This document shows, one piece after another, positions 50,322-59,048 of a DNA stretch of 59,048 bases. Each line of letters begins with the position of its first letter. Within the stretch, counting starts at the first letter, position 1. The notes beneath the pieces are model-generated. The model was given only the letters and a program-made list of their open reading frames with translations, had not been told where the DNA came from and searched no databases. Location of the stretch: positions 124,813,233 through 124,872,280 of the forward strand of contig NC_068982.1 in assembly GCF_001194135.2 (NCBI RefSeq). The letters are read 5' to 3'. A program made the position numbers and the translations under genes. The DNA is from Octopus bimaculoides. Taxonomy: Eukaryota.

Positions 50322-50890
50322 TTTTACTCTTTTACTTGCTTCAGTCTTTTGACTGTGGCCATGCTGGAGCACCGCCTTTAGTCGAGCAAATCGACCCCAG
50401 GACTTAATCTTTGGAAGCCTAGTACTTATTCTATCGGTATTTTTTGCCGAACCGCTAGGTTACGGGGACGTAAACACACCCGCATCGGTTGTCAAGCGAT
50501 GTTGGACACACACACACACATACATATATATANNNNNNNNNNNNNNNNNNNNNNNNNNNNNNNNNNNNNNNNNNNNNNNNNNNNNNNNNNNNNNNNNNNN
50601 NNNNNNNNNNNNNNNNNNNNNNNNNNNNNNNNNNNNNNNNNNNNNNNNNNNNNNNNNNNNNNNNNNNNNNNNNNNNNNNNNNNNNNNNNNNNNNNNNNNN
50701 NNNNNNNNATATATATATATATATATATACGACGGGCTTCTTTCAGTTTCCGTCTACCAAGTCCACTCACAAGGCTTTGGTCGGTCCGAGGCTATAGTAG
50801 AAGACACTTGCCCAAGGTGCCACGCAGTAGGACTGAACCCGGAACCATGTGGTTGGTAAGCAAGCTACTTACCACACAGCCACTCCTTGC
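50322..50890 (-). mobile_element. SINE family B, full length; microsatellite in gap 50533-50708
   Basis: Tail and head flank the gap and match 41790-42185. Confidence 0.9.
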
Positions 50891-51253
50891 TGATAAATGA
50901 AAGTACTTCACGTGGTTGAAAGACAATTAACAAGCTCTTAGCTATGCCATCTTTGTCGCCATTAGTCCCGAGAGAGCAAATCTAAAATAATCAAAAATAT
51001 TTCAGCCATGACCAACACATCGAAATTTCAAACAAACTGCATCTAGAAACACACCATTCAATGTGTCCTTCCGTTCTGTTTTTTTTAAGCAGTAGAGTGT
51101 AAGTAGTTGCTATTTCTAACAGGTAAAAAGGACCATGTTTGGCTGAATATTAGACTAACACATTTTGGGCAAGTTTCATCCAGTTTGCTGTTGAACTTGT
51201 TTTGATTAGTATGGAGGTTTTAAGCGGATGAAGTGATGGCATTGTAATTCCTT

Positions 51254-51297
<44 letters not shown>

Positions 51298-51548
51298 TGA
51301 TGCTGAAATGATGAGGTGTCTGTAATCTGGTTAATAATAATGTTATTATAATATTGATGGATGATGGTAGAACGAATTTTTTTTTATGATCTTTCGCTCC
51401 TGTCTCTCCAATTCTCCATCATATTCGCTCCTTCTCCTCCTCCCCTCTCTCTCTCCAAAGTGTTTCTGTGTATATTTTTCTTTCAATTACGGATACGGAC
51501 GCGTTTTATCTCTGTGTGTGTGTATGTGTGTGTGTATGCGAGTGTAGG

Positions 51549-51589
<41 letters not shown>

Positions 51590-51674
51590 GAAGAGATAGG
51601 GATAGGCCCAAATCATACGCATATATAGGCAGACAGATAGATAGACAGGCAGTCAGTTAGACAGACAGACAAAC

Positions 51675-51729
<55 letters not shown>

Positions 51730-54138
51730 AGAAACAGCAAGAAGCAAACAGATAAACAAACAAGCAGAGAGTGTGAGAACGAAAGAAAAATGGGAAACGA
51801 GGAAGAAACAAATCGCCTCAAATGAGATTTTTAAAAACGAAAACGACAGAAGAAAAGAAAGAGAAATGGTAGAACGAAAACGATGTTATGAGATTATAAG
51901 GCATGGCGTTGAGAATGACGTGAAAGAAGAGGAAATGGTTAAAGGAAACATAATAAGAGAGAGTGGGAGGTGGATGATGAAGAGGAGGGGGATGATACGT
52001 TATGCGTTTGGATAGAGAGAAAGTATGAGATCGGGAAGCGGGAAGACAAAAAGTAATATTGTGAATGATACTAGTAGTGTGTATATGTGTGTGTGTTGGA
52101 AATAGGTTGTCAGGGAGGACTAGCCTAGCAACCGAAGAGTTTTCGAAATGACACGAGGCCAGAACCAGGAAGCAGATTAGCCATTCTTGTAATGGATTAC
52201 TAATCGCTACAAACAATTTTAAAATTCGTTACATGAGACTGGTACACAATAAAAAAATAAAATAAAGAAGAAATAATAACTGTGTTGTTTGCAGAAGAAA
52301 CAACCGTTTATCTTATTGCCGCTTAATAAATATTTCTGTCACTAAACAACAAACAAGATTAAACGTACCAGAAATAGTATTAAAAAATTCCATTCTGCGA
52401 GATTGTTTGGATACATTGATTTTGTTACTGATAAAGATGATGTCTTAAACATTGATAATTGATCAAACAATATTATTTAATAAATGAATAATAATTTCCA
52501 AGATAGGTGCAAGGACAATTTTTTTGAAGGGGACTGTAGTCGACCTTAATAATAATAATAATTGTAGTAACAGCAGTAGCAGTGGTGGTGGTGTTGTTGG
52601 TGGTGGTATATATGGGGTTGACAGTAATTGCCTTATATTTTAGGATAGATAGACAATCAGAGCTGATTAGTGAAATAGAATCCGATTGCAACGGCCTCCT
52701 CCTTCGAACCACATTCTTGTGCACTTTCAACAGTGGTACTCATCAAGTTTATTCTACCCAGTCAAGAAATATTTCTCATTCACAAAAATGTGTCCTCATA
52801 AAACTTGATCGAGGTTGAACCAAAGCGAGGTCTTCTACCCACTAACTTCATTGGCACACTAAATTTCCACTCAAACCATACCAAAACCGTCTCGGAAGGG
52901 GAAAATAGCAAAAACAGAATGAATACCATAAGAATAGGGTTGATCTGGTGTTGAACAGCAGTAAGTTTAGAATCAATGACTTTACCGGTCCCACAGTAAC
53001 AGGTAGAACCTTGACATAATTTCATAGAAAAGGAGACGAAAAGAGCTAGAAGGAAAATGTGTTACGGAAGGTTACGGAAGTCCTAAGCACATCGGTAATA
53101 TTTCGATATAACCTGGTACCCAGATTAGCAAATCATCTCAAATCAATGACACAAGGAAATGATTACTAATCCATCAATAATCCTTGAAGCTACAGAAAGG
53201 AATATAACAACTTGCTTTCCTTCAACCCCCACCCCACCAAATTAAACCAGTTTATATAACTGGTATTTGTTTTATTGATCTCGAGGTATTCTGTTCAATA
53301 CTTCTGTCTTTCCATAGTTGTTTTGATCAACAAATACGTAATTGCAGCATTGTCACAACGTGTTTGAGAGTTACGCTTTTGACAACCTTAAAAATTATCC
53401 CCATATAACACTCTCGAAGACATAAACTATATCTAAATATATAACGCAATGAAATCATATTGTGAACATTTATAAATTTATGCATCAAAACAGAAAGAAG
53501 AACAATTATAAAACGTGGTGATTCCACAGAGTCCTGCTAATAATAATATTAATCCTTTCTAATATACACACAAGGTCTCAGATTTTTTGGAGGAGAGCTA
53601 GTCAATCACATGGACTGGTACTTTATTTTATCGAACCAGAAAAGGTAGGATTTGAACTCAGAATACAGAGTCGAAACAACTAGTGCCAAGTATTTTTTCC
53701 AATGTTCCAGCGATTCTGCCAATCCAGTAACAACCATTTATATAACTGAAATAAGGAACAAATCCATAACTTTTGAAGTTGGGATCAATCCTCAACAGGT
53801 ACTTATTATATTCATGCGTGTAGGATGAAAAAAAGCTAAATCGACGTCCATGGGATTTGAATGCTGAACGATTTCGACGAACGTTGTTCCAATGGTTCGA
53901 TCAACAGAGCCAGTTGGTCATTGTAATGTAGGGTACCTATTTCAGTATTTCACAGACATTACAGTACCTTTAAAGTAATTTTTGCCGCTTCATTCAGAAC
54001 CAGTCTGACACACTCTTGAGTGATATAGCAGGGTTCTCGAATTACGGATACAGGAAAGAATAGAAAGGGCAAAGCTGATTTGAACCCACTACGGAATAAA
54101 TAAATAAATAAATAAAAGTAAACGACAAGCGATGATGA

Positions 54139-54500
54139 GGAAAGCAATGATGATGACATTGAAGATGATGATGATGACGACGATGATGGTGGTGGTGGTG
54201 ATGATAACGACAACGAAGATGGTGGTGGTGATAACGAAGACGACGACGATGATGATGACGACGATATGATGATGACGACGATAATGATGATGACGACGAT
54301 GATGATGGTGATGTTGATGAAGCGATGACGACGATGTGACTACGACGACGACGACAACGATGGTGATGATGATGATGTTGATGGCTATAACAACGACGAT
54401 AATGACATTACGACAACGATGATGATGTTGACGACGATGATGATGTTGACAACGACGATGATGATGTTGACGACGACGACGATGATAGTCGCAATGTAGT
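54139..54500. repeat. Compound (GAT/GAC)n low-complexity tract
   Basis: Seen directly. Confidence 0.9.
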
Positions 54501-54669
54501 GATGACTAGTCAGATATTCTATGAGTGAACGTGGAAATGGGATAATGCTATGTCGAACAACAACAACCTGTTGGAACCGCTTCGCTGCTTTGATAATGCC
54601 TTTAGGGAAAGACTTCAATGCTATAATTTACCATTCTCTCCGTTAATGCACACATAAGAAATAACCACG

Positions 54670-54895
54670 ACCATAATGGTAACGACAACAACGATTACGA
54701 TGATCAGGATCGGAACCACAGTCATTGACATTACCATCATTGTCAACATTATTGTCGACGTCGTCGTCGTCGTCGTCTTCATTATCATTATCAACATCGT
54801 TGTTTTCGTCATCATCAATATCGTCGTCCGTCCTGGTCGCCGATATCATTACCATCGACCACGTCGCCATGATGACGCTGCTGCTGCTGCTGCTG

Positions 54896-54926
<31 letters not shown>

Positions 54927-54940
54927 CCAGCATCGTCATA
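54670..54940. repeat. Compound (CAT/CGT)n low-complexity tract
   Basis: Seen directly. Confidence 0.9.
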
Positions 54941-55686
54941 GCAAGCCAACACTGGCTGACCCCCCCCCCNNNNNNNNNNNNNNNNNNNNNNNNNNNNNNN
55001 NNNNNNNNNNNNNNNNNNNNNNNNNNNNNNNNNNNNNNNNNNNNNNNNNNNNNNNNNNNNNNNNNNNNNNNNNNNNNNNNNNNNNNNNNNNNNNNNNNNN
55101 NNNNNNNNNNNNNNNNNNNNNNNNNNNNNNNNNNNNNNNNNNNNNNNNNNNNNNNNNNNNNNNNNNNNNNNNNNNNNNNNNNNNNNNNNNNNNNNNNNNN
55201 NNNNNNNNNNNNNNNNNNNNNNNNNNNNNNNNNNNNNNNNNNNNNNNNNNNNNNNNNNNNNNNNNNNNNNNNNNNNNNNNNNNNNNNNNNNNNNNNNNNN
55301 NNNNNNNNNNNNNNNNNNNNNNNNNNNNNNNNNNNNNNNNNNNNNNNNNNNNNNNNNNNNNNNNNNNNNNNNNNNNNNNNNNNNNNNNNNNNNNNNNNNN
55401 NNNNNNNNNNNNNNNNNNNNNNNNNNNNNNNNNNNNNNNNNNNNNNNNNNNNNNNNNNNNNNNNNNNNNNNNNNNNNNNNNNNNNNNNNNNNNNNNNNNN
55501 NNNNNNNNNNNNNNNNNNNNNNNNNNNNNNNNNNNNNNNNNNNNNNNNNNNNNNNNNNNNNNNNNNNNNNNNNNNNNNNNNNNNNNNNNNNNNNNNNNNN
55601 NNNNNNNNNNNNNNNNNNNNNNNNNNNNNNNNNNNNNNNNNNNNNNNNNNNNNNNNNNNNNNNNNNNNNNNNNNNNNNNNNNNNNN

Positions 55687-55732
<46 letters not shown>

Positions 55733-55929
55733 TATAGCTATGTGGTAAGTAAGCAGCCAAGCCAAGAAGATCCCGCGTATTCGGGAGTCGGCGAAGGTAA
55801 TCAAATGCAACAACATTCCATGATGACAAGGAGGGAGTAAGAGCGCGTAATGGAACTAGCGAGAGGAACGCTTGTGCCGTTGTAATAGCCAGCCTATTGT
55901 TGCTTCAACAGCTGTTATTGAGCGACGAC

Positions 55930-56530
55930 AGTGCAAGTGCTATGCGATGTAGAGTAGTCATATATGAAATTTAGTGTTATGTAGTGTAGTTAAGGTGTAA
56001 TATGTAGCCGAGGTTGTAACATCGCGCGGTGTGGTTTTGCGTAGTCTGACTAAATAACTACATTACATTACATTCCAACTACACTGCGCTATGTGGTGAA
56101 GGTGGTGGCGTTGATATGACGGTTGTGCGGAGATGATGGTGGTGGCTGTAAATGGTGATATTGGTGACGGTGGCAGCCGTTATGGTTGTGTTGGTGCAGT
56201 GTGGTATAATGTAATGCAGTGTAATTTAGTATATGTCAAATACAGTCTAATGTGCAATGTAGTGTTGGATAGAACGGTATGAGATATGAATGAGTAGTGT
56301 CATACAGTTTGGAGTGTAATGTAGTAAAAGTTTAACGTATATGGCGTATATAACGCAGTGTAGAATATGTCGTGTGGATTAAGATAGTGATGTAATGTAG
56401 TATAATGAAATATAGAGCTATATAATGTAATGTATGGAAATGTATTGTAATATATTGTAGAGTAGCGTTATGTGGTCTTGTACAATATATTGTAATGACG
56501 TGTAATATAATGTGGTTTAGTTTTTATGTT
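55930..56530. repeat. Degenerate pentamer repeat (tgtag/tgtaa/agtgt)
   Basis: Recurring gtgtaatgtagt-like motifs. Confidence 0.65.
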
Positions 56531-56659
56531 GTACAGTATAGTGCAGTAGGCCTCATACGGAGTCCCTTGGGCGTCCACACAAGATTTTATGGTTAAAATT
56601 TATGTGCAGGAAATTCTACAATACACCAAGCATTTTAACAATTATTTTTAATGCAACGG

Positions 56660-57092
56660 CTAGCTAGCAGAATCGTTTAGCACGTCGGATAAAATGCTGA
56701 ACAGCATTTCGTCCGCATTTAAGTTTCTGAGTTTAAATTCTGCCGAGGCCGACTTTGCATTTCATCCTTTCGAGGTCGATGAAATAAGTACCAGTTACGC
56801 ACTGGGGTCGATGTAATCGACTTAATCCCTTTGTCTGTCCTTGTTTGTCCCCTCTATGTTTAGCCCTTTGTGGGCAATAAAGAAATAAGAATCGCTTAGC
56901 ATGTCGGACAAAAATGCTGAGCGGCATTTCGTCCGCATGTAGGTTTCTGAGTTCAAATTCTGCCGAGGCCGACTTTGCATTTCATCCTTTCGGGGTCGAT
57001 GAAATAAGTACCAGTTGAGCTGCGGCGATCGTTGTAATCGACTTACCCCGTCCCCCGAAATTGCTGGCCTTGTGCCATAATCTGAAACCAAT
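56660..57092 (+). mobile_element. Tandem pair of family C SINEs
   Basis: Two bodies (about 56660-56890 and 56895-57092) carrying different tails. Confidence 0.85.
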
Positions 57093-57234
57093 ATTTGATT
57101 ATAGAAACATAATAGGATTTGTTAAACATCGAATAGGTATGAGAATCCACCCGAGTAAAATAGGAATCCAAGGGGTTCATAGGGTTTAGAATCAGTTATA
57201 GAGTATCTTTTGTCTCTTATCTTCTACCTGTCGC

Positions 57235-57560
57235 CATACTGGGGCACCGCCTTGAAGAATTTATGTCGAACGAATCGACTCTAGTACTTATTTTCTTTCT
57301 AAGTCTGACACTTATTTTGTTGTTCTTTATTCCCGAATTGCTAGTTTACGGGGACGTAAACACGCTAACACCGGTTGTCAAGCAGTGGTGTGGAGAACAA
57401 ACACGCACACATATGATGGGCTTCTTTCAGTTTCCATTTGCCAAATCCATTCACAAGGATTTCATCGGACCAGGGCTATAAGTAAAAGACACCTGTCCGA
57501 AGTGTCACGCAGTGGGACTGAACTCGGAACCATGTGGTTGGGAAGCAAATTTTTTACCAC
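57235..57560 (-). mobile_element. SINE family B
   Basis: ggggcaccgcc...acggggacgtaaacac...ggaaccatgtggttggg. Confidence 0.75.
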
Positions 57561-57832
57561 AGCGTACGTACGTAATATAATGCGGTGTAGTGAAATGCAG
57601 TGCGACTTGGAGTAGTGTAGCGCAGTGTGACATACTCCATAGAGTAATGTAGTGAAAGTTGGTAGGTGAGGAGGTGGCGGTAGTAGTAGTAGTAATAGTA
57701 GTAGTAGTTCTTGACACTCCACTTCAAACATGTTACTACTTCGATGTTTCTATTATGTAGTTTCACTGTCATGTGTCGTTTCGGAAATCGAACGCATTAA
57801 AACTTAACAGCAATACTTTGATGGAAGGCTTG

Positions 57833-58160
57833 GTAATGGCGGCGGCGGCGGTGGTATAAGCGGTGGTGGTGGTCGTGGTTGTGGTGGTGGTTGTGGTGGT
57901 GGTGGTGGTGGTGGTAGTAATGGTGGGTGTGGCGGTGGTGGTATTAAGTGGTGTTGGTGATTCTGAGGTTAGTGGTGGTGGTGGTGGTAGTGGTGATGAC
58001 AGTAGCGATGGTGTGATGGTGATAGTGGTGTTACATCTTGTGGCGGCAAAGACGGTGGTGATGATGGCGATGATGACGATGATGATGATAATGATGATGA
58101 TGATGTTGATGGTAGTAGTGGTGGTGGTGGTGGTGGTGGTAGTAGTAGTGGCGGTAGTGA
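57833..58160. repeat. Compound (GGT/GAT)n low-complexity tract
   Basis: Seen directly. Confidence 0.9.
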
Positions 58161-58450
58161 TTGAGAAACCTCTTTCCAACCAAGCTGCTGCAAGGCTAAT
58201 AATATTTCTGACGAAGAATGCGTATATATTTATTTTAATGGAAATCGACTCAGTATGTTCTTTCCTGGTCCCTATTTTTATCGAGACCATTCCTTGCCCA
58301 CTGCCGACACCACCACCACCACCACCACCACCACCACCACCTCTTTCTCCTGCAATCCACGCCACACGGATGAAATGTAAAGTAAACACTGCCAGGATTT
58401 GAAGTAATGACATCGTGATACCGAACAGTATCATCATCGGCAGCAGCAGC

Positions 58451-58484
<34 letters not shown>

Positions 58485-58519
58485 ACAACATATTCATTAT
58501 TATGAGCCAGCGAAGGAAC

Positions 58520-58715
58520 GTCTATGCGGTCGCTTAACTTGCTGGAAATAGCAGCCAAGTCACACACATATCGCACCATACTGTCTTAAAAGTTGGATAA
58601 CGTAGTTTCGTAGGCCAGATCTGAATAAAAAGACAGGGTAGTCACATTTAGAACAGCTTTGATCACTGATCGTAGATTTGCTTGATCAAGATTGATCTAG
58701 GGCTGAACGATAACA
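58520..58715 (+). mobile_element. Family E repeat
   Basis: ggtcgcttaacttgctggaaatagcagccaag...gctttgatca. Confidence 0.6.
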
Positions 58716-58856
58716 ACAAACCATCAGCGTGGCACTGATCTTCCTAGAGTGATCAAAATTATAGGAATGGTTGCGTGTGTTGACGTTCATGCCGTTCCGT
58801 TTTCTTAGAAACCTTCATTAGCCGAAGTGGCTGAGAGTTAAAGGGGTTCAGCTATA

Positions 58857-59048
58857 AGGCGCAGGAGTGGCTGTGTGGTAAGTAGCTTGCTTACCAACCA
58901 CATGGTTCCGGGTTCAGTCCCACTGCGTGGCACCTTGGGCAAGTGTCTTCTACTATAGCCTCAGGCCGACCAAAGCCTTGTGAATGGATTTGGTAGACGG
59001 AAATTGAAAGAAGCCTTCATATATATATATATATGTATATATATATAT
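58857..59048 (+). mobile_element. SINE family B head, running off the window
   Basis: ggcgcaggagtggctgtgtggtaagtagc...gaaagaagcc(ta)n. Confidence 0.9.

Noticed and set aside
2306-55840. Long ORFs (200-430 aa) in the ORF track
   Set aside because: They are open only because they cross N-gaps: 2551-3134, 8122-8586, 11159-12074, 23217-24179, 26325-26593, 30394-31085, 49187-49582, 50533-50708 and 54970-55686.
57769-58497. 242-aa and 179-aa ORFs of poly-T/V/G/M; similar ones at 437, 1726, 4451 and 54385
   Set aside because: These are translations of trinucleotide microsatellites, which lack stop codons in some frames.

Overview
AT-rich, gapped eukaryotic genomic DNA, with about 13 N-runs making up over 5 kb. 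It is almost entirely repeats. The SINE set and microsatellite load look like Octopus or another coleoid cephalopod; this is my recognition of the repeats, not a database result. I cannot identify any intact protein-coding gene. The long ORFs in the track come from N-gaps, SINEs or trinucleotide tracts. Supported content: dozens of copies of about six SINE-like families (labelled A-F here), fossil LINE pieces (Tx1/L1-like, RTE, CR1/L2-like), an internally deleted maT-type Tc1/mariner, a hAT-like MITE, a long-TIR foldback element with a (TTAGGG)n core, and a Penelope-like terminus with a minimal hammerhead-ribozyme motif. The best leads are: the hammerhead plus its 95-bp inverted arm at 12.5-12.9 kb; the telomere-repeat foldback transposon at 43.6-44.3 kb; a SINE sharing its 3' end with a Tx1-like LINE; a sharp CpG-depletion boundary near 26-27 kb next to a signal-peptide-like ORF; and a pri-miRNA-like hairpin at 26.8 kb. 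I see no convincing evidence of a new multi-gene system. Repeat boundaries were set by eye (about +/-10-20 bp).
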